Shown: in pieces, positions 18,112 through 27,327 of the stretch | Numbering within the stretch: position 1 is the first letter of the stretch | Layout of the letters: the number at the start of each line of letters is the position of its first letter | Origin: a bacterium | GTDB lineage: Bacteria > Cyanobacteriota > Vampirovibrionia > Obscuribacterales > Obscuribacteraceae | Reading direction: 5' to 3' | Assembly: GCA_018062085.1 (NCBI GenBank) | Contig: JAGOSY010000024.1 | Location: forward strand, 13,421 to 77,420 | DNA: 64,000 nucleotides | The notes under the pieces: model-generated | Seen by the model: the letters and a program-made list of their open reading frames with translations, nothing else | What the model was told of the DNA's origin: nothing | Databases searched by the model: none | Made by a program: the position numbers and the translations under genes

Positions 18112-19679
18112 AATTGCTGCACTCGCTCAATCAGCTCATCAATACTCTTGATGCGCTCACTGACACTCTGACAAGTGCAGTCGGCAATGAGCTTGTCTAG
18201 ACTGGCCGCAATCGGCACTAACGGTGCTACATGCAATTGGGTCAAGGGCTCTGGTTCTAGGCCAGTGAGAGCAAAATAAGCTGTTGCTCCCAGCGAATAA
18301 ATATCGGAACTAAGCCCCGCCTTCCCGCGAAATTGCTCAGGGGCAATATAAGACTGCTTGCCCACAAGCGTGCCAGTTGCAGTGCCAAGAAGGGCATTAG
18401 CAGCACCAAAATCGATCAACGAAAGGCCACCATCGCGAGCTAAGACTAAATTATCAGGAGTGACATCGCGATGAATGAGAGGTGGGTTCTGACTGTGTAA
18501 ATACTGCAAGATCTTGGCCGCCTCAAGCAGCCACCGCACCACCACTGCCGCTGGCTGAGCACCACGCTCACTGACGAAGCAGCGCAAGTCGACGCCCTCA
18601 ATGTGCTCTAGTAAAATATAATTTCGACCGGCGCTGACAAAATAATCAAGTACTTTAGCGATACGATCATGACTAAGAGAACTCAGTAACATCGATTCAC
18701 GGGCAAACATCTCTAATGCTTTAGCCTTCAAGGTATCATCAGAACCGAGAGGCAAGACTGCTTCTTTGAGCACGTAAAGCTTAATTTGACCCAAATTTGC
18801 TTCTTCTGGCTTTGATACCAAATAGACGGCAGAAAGACCACCGAAAGATAACTGTCCTTCAATTTTCAGTGAGCGGCTAGCATCGGAAGATTGATAGTCG
18901 ATTACTTGACCGGGCTCGAGAGGCACAAAAATAGTGGAACCAAAACGGCTTTCTAACTCATCCTCCCACATCTGAGTAAAAGAGGAATGAATGCTTTGCC
19001 TTGGGCCAATCGCTGAAAGATTTAGATCAAGAGAATTGAGAGACGGCTTAAATTTCGCTTGAGCAGCATATGCTTGAACAGACAAAATAAATTCTTTGAG
19101 ATCTTCGCGCGACAAGCCATTTAATGCCAAGCCAATGCCAGCGCCATCACTATATCGCAGAAACATTCTTTGGGGATGAGAGCGGTCAGCAATGCCTGAA
19201 CGATCTTTGAAAACGAAGTCGACTTCCACCAAAGTTGACCAAGGCCGCGAAATACAAAACTTTGAATCGAATAGAAATTGCCAAGGTAGACGTAGCACCT
19301 CTTTACTTACAATCAATTTGGTATCAGCGCAGACTTTAACGGCCAAAGCGCCAAGCGAAATCAGCAACAAATAAAACAAAATAGGCGCCATAAAAATCTC
19401 AGCCCCAGCACCCCCAGTACTCAATTTGCCCCAGGCTTCAAAGGCGAAAGTAAAAGCGGCAAATACTGACCAACACAACCAAATAGGCGAAAGAGCTAGG
19501 AGCATTGCCAGGCCAGCGAAACCAGCGCGATAGCGCAGTATCACAGGCTCAGCCGAAAGCAAGAGAAGAGGATCGCTTGCAGAAGCACTTCTAATTTTCT
19601 CGGTTGTAGGCTTCTCTGTATTAGGTTGTATTGGCATAAAGTAAGGCTTTGAGCTTGAACTATCGAATCTTGCATCCAA
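18108..19679 (-). CDS. Membrane-anchored Hanks-type Ser/Thr protein kinase (upstream copy of a tandem pair)
   Basis: N-terminal TM segments. The kinase has FGGLSAVYLV, YVLKEA, HRDVTPDNLVL, IDFGAAN and YIAPEQFRGK. The start is TTG 19679 or ATG 19637. Confidence 0.8.
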   Translation of the reverse strand: MDARFDSSSSKPYFMPIQPNTEKPTTEKIRSASASDPLLLLSAEPVILRYRAGFAGLAMLLALSPIWLCWSVFAAFTFAFEAWGKLSTGGAGAEIFMAPILFYLLLISLGALAVKVCADTKLIVSKEVLRLPWQFLFDSKFCISRPWSTLVEVDFVFKDRSGIADRSHPQRMFLRYSDGAGIGLALNGLSREDLKEFILSVQAYAAQAKFKPSLNSLDLNLSAIGPRQSIHSSFTQMWEDELESRFGSTIFVPLEPGQVIDYQSSDASRSLKIEGQLSFGGLSAVYLVSKPEEANLGQIKLYVLKEAVLPLGSDDTLKAKALEMFARESMLLSSLSHDRIAKVLDYFVSAGRNYILLEHIEGVDLRCFVSERGAQPAAVVVRWLLEAAKILQYLHSQNPPLIHRDVTPDNLVLARDGGLSLIDFGAANALLGTATGTLVGKQSYIAPEQFRGKAGLSSDIYSLGATAYFALTGLEPEPLTQLHVAPLVPIAASLDKLIADCTCQSVSERIKSIDELIERVQQL

Positions 19680-19703
19680 CTATTGCTATTTGCCCGTTCA
19701 TAC

Positions 19704-19737
19704 AAAAAACTCCCCCCATGGCTTTGGGGAGAGTTTC
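19704..19737 (-). terminator. Rho-independent terminator after the small acidic-protein gene
   Basis: The minus strand reads AAACTCTCCCC-aaagccat-GGGGGGAGTTTTTT. This is an 11-bp stem with one G-U pair, followed by a T-run. Confidence 0.7.
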
Positions 19738-19761
19738 TTGAGCCTATAGAGACCAGAGCAA

Positions 19762-19974
19762 TTATTCTTCGTCGAATTCTTCCATGTCTTCACTGTATTC
19801 ACCAAACTCATCAGCTGATTCGCTGGTGGCAAGGAGAATTTCGGTTGTCAGCGTAGCGGCGCAGTCAGGTGAGACACCGACCGAAGTCAAAGTCTTTACC
19901 CAATGCACAACTTCATCTAATAAAGCAGTGTCCATAACTGATTCTCTCTCTGTAGCTGTAGCTGTTTGCGACAT
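19762..19974 (-). CDS. Small, highly acidic hypothetical protein (70 aa)
   Basis: ATG preceded by AGGGG. The C-terminus is SESADEFGEYSEDMEEFDEE. The gene is followed by its own terminator. I recognise no family. Confidence 0.45.
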   Translation of the reverse strand: MSQTATATERESVMDTALLDEVVHWVKTLTSVGVSPDCAATLTTEILLATSESADEFGEYSEDMEEFDEE

Positions 19975-20164
19975 TATGTTCCCCTACTTCTTTAATATTT
20001 CAAATTCCAATAATAATTCAAAATCCGATAACTTGTTTTTTTGCATCAATAATCGCCCATGCTACTCCACCAGAGAGGGCTTGTGTAGCGCTCTTTGTTT
20101 AAATTCTTTCAAAACGACACGGGGTATATCCAGGCGATATCACCAAGAGAAAAAATTCTATTGC

Positions 20165-21151
20165 TTATTCTTGTACATCGAGCTGCCATTCCAGCGTAAT
20201 ACGGTCTCCAGCGCGACCAGGAGCAGTTTTTTTTGGTCGATAGGCTTTAATCATGGCCTGGGTACCCATTTCTTGGCTGGCGTTCTTACCCGCCGTGACC
20301 ATAGCCTCCTCAAAAAGCTCAAAAGCTAGGCGTGTGCCGGGAAGGCGGCCAGCCGGGTCAAGATTTTCAAAAGCTAGGCGCAAGTCTTTAAGCATATGGT
20401 TAGTAGCAAAGCCCGGAGCCATGTCATTGGCCAATATTCGCCGCCCAAGATTGCTGAGCGACCACGAACCACCAGCACCGTTCTCCAACACATCGACCAC
20501 TAGTTTTTTATCTAAACCCAGCTCTTCAGCCATCGATATCGCTTCGCAAACACCAATTAAGTTAAGGGCGCAAAGAGTTTGATTAGCTAACTTGAGAGCC
20601 TGTCCGTTGCCAGACTTGCCGCAGTGGCGAATAGTTTTGCCCATAGCCGCCAAATAAGGCTCTATTTGCTGGAATGCCTCCAAATCGCCCCCGACCATAA
20701 TAGTCAAAGTACCCTGTTTAGCCCCAATATCGCCACCAGTGACTGGGGCATCAAGAAACTTCATGTCGGCGGCGCCTGCTAATGACTTCTCAATCAAGCG
20801 AGCCGCCTTTGGGCCAATAGTGCTGAAATCCACAACAATGCAGCCAGAGGGAGCTAGCTCCGAGACCCCTCCGGGACCCGTTAACACAGACTCAACATCG
20901 TGCTCATCACCTAAACAGCTAAATACTATTTGGCTGCCAGCCAGACAGTCTTTCAAATTAACAAATACCTCGGCCCCAGCAGCTTTTGCGATAGAAACTC
21001 CGGCTGAACCCGAAGAGCGGTTCCAGACCTTAAGTTGACCGCCATATTGGGCGAGTGCGGCAGCCAAATTGGCAGCCATCGCCGCCCCCATGATTCCCAT
21101 GCCAAGAAAACTTACACTCTTGGTCAAACCTGCCCTTGCATTTTCAGACAC
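20165..21151 (-). CDS. NAD(P)-dependent beta-hydroxyacid dehydrogenase (3-hydroxyisobutyrate / 6-phosphogluconate dehydrogenase family)
   Basis: Rossmann motif FLGMGIMGAAMAANL, DAPVTGG, and a C-terminal helical domain (HMLKDLRLA). GTG start with AGGAGA RBS. Confidence 0.85.
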   Translation of the reverse strand: MSENARAGLTKSVSFLGMGIMGAAMAANLAAALAQYGGQLKVWNRSSGSAGVSIAKAAGAEVFVNLKDCLAGSQIVFSCLGDEHDVESVLTGPGGVSELAPSGCIVVDFSTIGPKAARLIEKSLAGAADMKFLDAPVTGGDIGAKQGTLTIMVGGDLEAFQQIEPYLAAMGKTIRHCGKSGNGQALKLANQTLCALNLIGVCEAISMAEELGLDKKLVVDVLENGAGGSWSLSNLGRRILANDMAPGFATNHMLKDLRLAFENLDPAGRLPGTRLAFELFEEAMVTAGKNASQEMGTQAMIKAYRPKKTAPGRAGDRITLEWQLDVQE

Positions 21152-21295
21152 AGCCGTCTCCTAAAACCTGAACTAGCTAAGTTGACTCGATAACCTTGAA
21201 TAGAGATTAGCGGTTTGAAGCAAACAATCTCCAGTTGACAGGCATCTTTTTTAATCTTTTACCTTAGAATTAGAATTTATTTTCGAATTAGAACA

Positions 21296-21841
21296 ATGTC
21301 AGAAAATCCCGCCTTCCAAAAACTCAAAGCAACCCATTCCTGTCGCGACTCGGCCCTGAAGTGTGTCGACTGCAACAGCCAAATCTGCCCCAAATGTTTC
21401 ATCCAGTGCGCAGTGGGCAACCGTTGTAAGAAGTGCGCTAGCCGCTTCACCTCTCATGTGCTGCTCACCAGCCCTAAGGTTCTAGCAAAGCTTTCAGCAG
21501 CCAGTGTTTTGCTCGGAATCGCCTGGGGTTATATACAGCCGCACCTAGATATTATGGGTATGTACGGCTACTTTATACAGTTCTTCGCTGCCGTTTTCTT
21601 AGGTAAATTGCTACACAGGGCTGCTTCCTACAAGCTCGGCACCAAAGTAGCCACGGTGGCCGCCCTCGCACTGATTGTTGGCCTGGCAATTGGCCCCAGC
21701 CGAGATACAGTTCTTAACGCCATTCAATACTCCAATTTGCCGCCGGCCGAAGGCGGTGACCCCAATGCTTTAGGCGGAGAACTAATAAGGCTCTCTATTT
21801 TTATGATTGGGGCGCTGATGCCTTTTATCCGCAAAAACTAA
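21296..21841 (+). CDS. B-box-type zinc-finger membrane protein
   Basis: The N-terminus CVDCNSQICPKCFIQCAVGNRCKKCASRF has eight Cys in a CxxC pattern. It is followed by about four hydrophobic segments. Confidence 0.55.
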   Translation: MSENPAFQKLKATHSCRDSALKCVDCNSQICPKCFIQCAVGNRCKKCASRFTSHVLLTSPKVLAKLSAASVLLGIAWGYIQPHLDIMGMYGYFIQFFAAVFLGKLLHRAASYKLGTKVATVAALALIVGLAIGPSRDTVLNAIQYSNLPPAEGGDPNALGGELIRLSIFMIGALMPFIRKN

Positions 21842-21909
21842 TATGGGATATTCTAAAAGTTCGCCAAGGGCCAAAAATCGGGTAATCTTAGGATCTACTC
21901 AGAAAGAGC

Positions 21910-24048
21910 ATGATGGAAAGTTTTAGCAAAGTCTGCCCGACTTGCAAAAAAGAATATAGCAATGAAGTTATTGTCTGCCCGGACGATAGCAGCCAGCTTG
22001 CCCCCTTGGCCAAAGATGCGCTAATTGGAACAGTATTTGCCGACAAGTACGAGATTCTCTCGGTACTTGGCGCCGGTGGCATGAGCGTCATTTACAAAGC
22101 CCGCCATAAATACATGGAGCGTATCTGCGCACTGAAGCTGCTGCATCCGTTTTTGCTGTCAGATTCGTCTATGTTTCAGCGCTTTCAGTACGAGGCAAAA
22201 GCGGCCAGCAATCTTTCTCATCCCAATGTCGTTGCCATGCACGATTTTGGTATCACTAATGATGGCAAGGCCTATCTGGTCATGGATTACTTGGAAGGCG
22301 AAGATCTCTCGACTGTATTAGAAAGAGATGTGTTTCTAACTGAGCCCCAAGCTCGCGAAATTTTCAGACAAGCTTTAGCCGGACTCGACCATGCTCACTC
22401 AAAGGGCGTGATTCACCGAGATTTGAAGCCCAGCAATCTATTTTTGATACCACAAACTGACGGCAGCGTTCTAGTCAAATTGGTCGATTTTGGTATTGCC
22501 AAAATTACTGACTCAGGCAGTGCGGCGCAAAACCTCACTAGAACCGGTGAAGTGTTCGGTTCACCTTTGTATATGAGCCCAGAACAGTGTGCAGGCAAAT
22601 CACTAGACGCCCGTTCTGACATCTATTCACTTGGCTGTTTGATGTACGAAGCATTGAGCGGAAGGCGACCATTAGTTGGCGAATCGGCCTTAGAAACAAT
22701 GCATATGCATATAAAAGAAATGCCACTGACACTTTCTCAAGCAGCACCAAAACTCGAAGTTTCACCTCAGCTAGAAAATGCCGTAATGAAATGTCTCTGC
22801 AAACGACCAGATGATCGCTTCAGCAGCGTGGCCGAACTCTATCAAGAAATATATGGCGAGCCCTTACCGAAAGTGCCAGTAGCTCACTCGACTGGCGGCA
22901 CCGATTCGCAAATCGTTATTCCCTCACCAACCAATTATAGTGCTTCGTCATCAACGAAAAGAGCAGATGAAATTACGGACAAATCTGGCCTCTATTTAAC
23001 TCCCAGTGACAAGAAAAAGTTGCTACCATTTGTAGTGGCACTAGCTATTTTCACTTTAGTTGCTAGCTCAGCCACCTACTGGCTATTATTTGTCTGGCCT
23101 GGCCCAGAAAACGACCAGGGCACGGTGGTTAATCGCTGGACTTATACTTTCTGGATTGCTCGAGGTGGAGAGCTGGCCAAACAAAATCACTTTGAAGATG
23201 CCAGCGCTGCCTACGACAAAGCCGAAGCCGTAGCAGATAAGTTTGGCGACAACTTTGGCCGCAAAGTAAATGTTCTGAGAGCAAAACTAGATTTAGCTAG
23301 CAATCTGAATCAGCCCAAGAAAACCGAACAGATTCTCCGCAGTTTAGGCCAGGTCAATCGAGATCAAGCGCTAGGGGATTGCGACCTATCAAGAAAAGAA
23401 ATAGCCAGAATTGACTCACTATATAAGACGACCGTGGCAAACAAACAGGCTGGCAGCAAGACATCGGTTTACGAACTAGCTCTGCAAATGGGTACAAAAA
23501 TAGAAGCATTTATTGGTGTCTCCCGCAGGCTCGGCGCCGTTCAAGCATATGACGATCAAGAAGATTTGCTGACGAAGGCCTATCAACTCTATTCACAACT
23601 AGCTGGCGACGATGACCCGCAGCTAGCGGATCTAAAAACCGAGCTGGCCTACTCTCACTGGCAGCAAGATGAAGTGAGCCAAGTGCGTCCTCTACTTAAA
23701 GAAGCCTTATCTATAAGAATCAAGGTCAATGAACGCAGCAAATCTCAGACTAGCAACCTTGATGAAGGCGAAGCTTGGCTAAGACTAGGCCAATTCGATC
23801 GCGACCGCAGCAAGTTTGCAGAAGCAGAGAAGGAATTGGAAAAAGCGCTAAACATATTGCATCAATATAAGAAGCTCGACAAATCTAACAATAACTCTGT
23901 GCGTGCTTACAAACTATTGATAGAAGCACTCAATGCCATGGCCGACTATAAAGCCCAAATTCACAAAGAAACCGAGGCCGCAGTTCTGCGTGACGAAGTC
24001 GCTGCGCTGAAGAAAGTAAAGCTCGACTATCACCCTGATATCGAATAG
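21910..24048 (+). CDS. Ser/Thr protein kinase with an N-terminal zinc ribbon, one TM segment and a C-terminal TPR region
   Basis: CPTCKKEY...CPDD, then GAGGMSVIYKA, ALKLL, HRDLKPSNLF, DFGIAK and SPLYMSPEQ. TM segment LLPFVVALAIFTLVASSATYWLLFVW. TPR-like helices follow to the end. Confidence 0.88.
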   Translation: MMESFSKVCPTCKKEYSNEVIVCPDDSSQLAPLAKDALIGTVFADKYEILSVLGAGGMSVIYKARHKYMERICALKLLHPFLLSDSSMFQRFQYEAKAASNLSHPNVVAMHDFGITNDGKAYLVMDYLEGEDLSTVLERDVFLTEPQAREIFRQALAGLDHAHSKGVIHRDLKPSNLFLIPQTDGSVLVKLVDFGIAKITDSGSAAQNLTRTGEVFGSPLYMSPEQCAGKSLDARSDIYSLGCLMYEALSGRRPLVGESALETMHMHIKEMPLTLSQAAPKLEVSPQLENAVMKCLCKRPDDRFSSVAELYQEIYGEPLPKVPVAHSTGGTDSQIVIPSPTNYSASSSTKRADEITDKSGLYLTPSDKKKLLPFVVALAIFTLVASSATYWLLFVWPGPENDQGTVVNRWTYTFWIARGGELAKQNHFEDASAAYDKAEAVADKFGDNFGRKVNVLRAKLDLASNLNQPKKTEQILRSLGQVNRDQALGDCDLSRKEIARIDSLYKTTVANKQAGSKTSVYELALQMGTKIEAFIGVSRRLGAVQAYDDQEDLLTKAYQLYSQLAGDDDPQLADLKTELAYSHWQQDEVSQVRPLLKEALSIRIKVNERSKSQTSNLDEGEAWLRLGQFDRDRSKFAEAEKELEKALNILHQYKKLDKSNNNSVRAYKLLIEALNAMADYKAQIHKETEAAVLRDEVAALKKVKLDYHPDIE

Positions 24049-24257
24049 CAGTTTCAAACTTCACTGCAAGACACTGTCAGCAATACACAACGTAATTTCT
24101 CTTAAATTTAATGCTCACGCAACTTTGCCGAACCGTTTCAGCACTGTAACTTTGGAGCAAGCCACTCGATAGCGATTGCTCGATGGCAGCGCTAATGAAT
24201 CTCTAGAACTCTGCCGAACCATTCCCCAAAAGCCTTACGGGCTAACGCTTTGTACGC

Positions 24258-24286
24258 TTGACATCAAGAGCTGCGTCAACTATCAC
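24258..24286 (+). promoter_or_regulatory. Candidate sigma70-type promoter for the MFS transporter gene
   Basis: TTGACA (24258-24263), a 17-nt spacer, then TATCAC (24281-24286), about 38 nt upstream of ATG 24324. Consensus match only. Confidence 0.3.
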
Positions 24287-24323
24287 TAAGTTGTTAATTG
24301 ACAAAGAGGTGCGTAAAAAAGAG

Positions 24324-25667
24324 ATGCGACACAAATCAATAAGCCACTGGCATGCCTTAGCAGTAACCTGGTTAGGTTGCCTATTCGACGGTCTCGACGC
24401 CTCGATTTTTACCATCGTACTCTACCCGGCCCTTTCTGAATTACTAGGAACGAAATCTCATAGTACCGTTGGATACTATGGTGCAATAATCATCGCCACG
24501 TTTTTAGTGGGATGGGCGCTCGGTGGACTAGTATTTGGCCGCCTAGCCGATCAAGTAGGTCGTGTCAAAACTCTGATAATTAGTATTCTTGTTTATACAA
24601 TAGCGACTGGACTTTGCGCCTTCAGCAACAACTGGCAAGAGCTTGCTATATATCGCTTTCTGGTTGGTCTCGGGATTGGGGGTGAACTTTCAGTTGGTGC
24701 CATTATGCTGTCAGAGCACTGGCACGGCCGACAAAGGCTGCATGCCGTCTCATTCATGGCCACATCTTGGGGCGTTGGCTATTTTGCCACAGCCCTTCTC
24801 AGCTTAGGGCTTGGCCAGACTAGCTGGCGCTATCTCTTCGCAGCTGGTGTTATCCCGGCACTTATAACCCTCTACATCCGCCTAAAACTAAGTGAGTCAG
24901 AAAAATTTGTGGCGCTACAGAATTATCGAGCTAGTTTGAGAGCACAAGAAAATCTCAACGCTGTGCAAAAGATAGTTTTCGCAGAGCCGCTGAAAGAAAT
25001 ATTCAAGAAGGAAATGCTTCGCCCACTCTTAGCCATAGTTGCCATTACCAGCTGCGGAATAATTGGATACTGGACAGTGCTTTCATGGATACCAGCCTGG
25101 ATCAATCAGCTCACTGGCACTGAAGCTACTTACGAGCGAAGTGTGGCACTTATGGTGATGAACCTAGGGAGCATTATCGGCGCAGCCATAACTGGGTTTA
25201 TCGTACTGCGCATAGGTAGGAAGTTAACCATTGGCCTTGCCTTCGGTTTAACCCTGATTTTGTGTCAAATCATGTTTAACACTACCCACTGTTTTGATGG
25301 TCAGCTTTTGATATTACTTTTCTTCTGCGGTCTCTTCTCAATCATGAGTGCAGTAACAATTTGCATTTACGTTCCTGAAGTCTTTCCTTTGCACATTCAG
25401 GGTACGGCATTTGGTTTGGCATTTAACTTCGGCAGAATAATAGCTGCTGCTTTCGCACTCGTGAGCGGCCAGCTCATTGCTACTTTTGATGGTTCGTATG
25501 CAATGGCGGCTTCAGCTCTTTCGCATGTTTATGTGCTCGGAATAGTAGCCGCCTGCTTCTTGTATAGCCCTCGCGGCGAGCAGCCTCACGAAATAGGGAG
25601 ATACCTAAAAAAGGCTATGGGCAAGCGACACAGTTCTGAGGTAATCGCCATTAGCTCAGCAAAATGA
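24324..25667 (+). CDS. MFS transporter
   Basis: Start placed at ATG 24324 (MRHKSISHWHALAVTWLGCLFDGLDASIF), preceded by GAGGTG. MFS motif A is GRLADQVGRVKTL, and there are about 12 hydrophobic segments. The track ORF from 24258 begins inside the putative promoter. Confidence 0.85.
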   Translation: MRHKSISHWHALAVTWLGCLFDGLDASIFTIVLYPALSELLGTKSHSTVGYYGAIIIATFLVGWALGGLVFGRLADQVGRVKTLIISILVYTIATGLCAFSNNWQELAIYRFLVGLGIGGELSVGAIMLSEHWHGRQRLHAVSFMATSWGVGYFATALLSLGLGQTSWRYLFAAGVIPALITLYIRLKLSESEKFVALQNYRASLRAQENLNAVQKIVFAEPLKEIFKKEMLRPLLAIVAITSCGIIGYWTVLSWIPAWINQLTGTEATYERSVALMVMNLGSIIGAAITGFIVLRIGRKLTIGLAFGLTLILCQIMFNTTHCFDGQLLILLFFCGLFSIMSAVTICIYVPEVFPLHIQGTAFGLAFNFGRIIAAAFALVSGQLIATFDGSYAMAASALSHVYVLGIVAACFLYSPRGEQPHEIGRYLKKAMGKRHSSEVIAISSAK

Positions 25668-26120
25668 AGTGCATTAATTTTATCAAAAAAAAATGGGATG
25701 AATAAAGATGAGTGCAGAGTACCAACATTGTTTTGCTATCGCTGATATCGATGGGCTTCCAAATCAAGATAGTGAAGCAATCGAGAGCAGCTTCAGACGA
25801 CAAAGTGACACCGCGAGAGGCTGTGGCCTCAGTGGGCTATGTCGATGGGAAATTGACAAGAATTGAATCGGCAGTGATAGCTAGAGAGATAGTCCAAAAC
25901 GATTATGGAATGGTTTCCACATTCTCAGCCGATAAGTTTCTTACCCCTGGCACATCATGCGATCCAACTATCCGCCACGGCGAATCAGTCGACATTCATT
26001 CGCATCAACCACGCCCACGGCAGCGACACGGGCGTAATTGTCGATTCTGCGGCAGTTCGCACTTTTCTTTCCGCTTATTTTGCAAGCGGAAAGCAGATAA
26101 AAAGGCAGCTGAGCGACTGA

Positions 26121-27287
26121 CTACTTAGCAGAGCCAGCCAAGACAGTCACTTTAGCCAAGCCAGCTTCAAGGTCTTTGACAAGATCGTCAATATCTTCGA
26201 TACCGACAGACAATCTCACTAGAGCATCAACAACGCCACGAGCATCGCGTTCTGCTTTAGGTATTGAGCCATGGGTCATAGATACTGGATGGCAAACGAG
26301 AGACTCGACACCACCAAGACTTTCGGCTAGAGAAAATAGTTTAGTCGAGCCTAAGAATTGACGAGCGCTTTCTTCGCCGCCTTTGAGCACAAACGAAACC
26401 ATGCCACCGAAGCCATTCATTTGCGCTTTAGCAAGAGCATGTTGGGGGTGGCTAGCCAAACCTGGATACATAACCTTCTCAACAGCTGGATGTTTTTCTA
26501 GATATTGAGCGATGGTCATCGCATTTTTCTGGTGAGCTTCCATGCGCACCGCTAGTGTTTTCACACCGCGCAGAACGAGCCAGCAATCCCATGGGCCAGG
26601 CACAGCGCCAACGGCATTTTGGTGGAATTTCAGAGTTTCATAGAGATCTTCGCGCGAAGTAAGAACAGCACCACCAATGACATCACTATGGCCACCAATA
26701 TATTTAGTGACTGAGTGCACAACAATATCGGCACCAAGAGCAATCGGATTTTGCAAGTAAGGGCTAGCAAAAGTATTGTCTACAACAGTGATGAGCTTGC
26801 CAGTTTTTGCCACTTCAGCAATCGCTTTGATGTCGCATAGCCTGAGCAATGGGTTGGTTGGAGTCTCAATCCAAATCATTTTGGTATTTGGTTGAATGGC
26901 CCCTTTAACCTTTGCCGCATCACTGGCATCAACATAAGTAAAAGTAATACCGTAGCGCTTCCATACTTTTTCAAATAAGCGATAAGTGCCACCATAAACA
27001 TCATCACCACAAATAACATGATCGCCGCTCGAAAGCAGATTCATGATATTGCCTTCGGCAGCTAATCCTGAACCAAAGCAAAGGCCATACTTGGCGCCTT
27101 CCAGAGCAGCCAAACATTCTTCTAAGGCGAACCTAGTAGGATTCTGCGTCCGGGCATATTCAAAACCCTTATGCTGATTCAGACCTTCTTGCACATAAGT
27201 AGAAGTTTGATAAACCGCTGGAATAATAGCTCCAGTAGTTGGATCTGGCTCCTGGCCTGCGTGGATAGCCTTGGTCGAGAACTTCAT
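26121..27287 (-). CDS. Cystathionine gamma-lyase / gamma-synthase family PLP enzyme
   Basis: FSTKAIHAGQEPDPTTGAIIPAVYQTSTY and the PLP-lysine string HSVTKYIGGHSDV, in the Cys/Met-metabolism PLP family. It lies 40 nt downstream of a CBS gene on the same strand. Confidence 0.9.
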   Translation of the reverse strand: MKFSTKAIHAGQEPDPTTGAIIPAVYQTSTYVQEGLNQHKGFEYARTQNPTRFALEECLAALEGAKYGLCFGSGLAAEGNIMNLLSSGDHVICGDDVYGGTYRLFEKVWKRYGITFTYVDASDAAKVKGAIQPNTKMIWIETPTNPLLRLCDIKAIAEVAKTGKLITVVDNTFASPYLQNPIALGADIVVHSVTKYIGGHSDVIGGAVLTSREDLYETLKFHQNAVGAVPGPWDCWLVLRGVKTLAVRMEAHQKNAMTIAQYLEKHPAVEKVMYPGLASHPQHALAKAQMNGFGGMVSFVLKGGEESARQFLGSTKLFSLAESLGGVESLVCHPVSMTHGSIPKAERDARGVVDALVRLSVGIEDIDDLVKDLEAGLAKVTVLAGSAK

Positions 27288-27327
27288 CGATAATCTCCTC
27301 TGATATTTTTTATGCCTAGGTTTATGC

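Noticed and set aside
26068-26092. Hairpin tttccgctt-attttgc-aagcggaaa downstream of the gamma-lyase stop, as a terminator
   Set aside because: The 9-bp stem is real, but it has no U-tract on either strand, and it lies inside the ambiguous coding-like region 25712..26128. Function undetermined.
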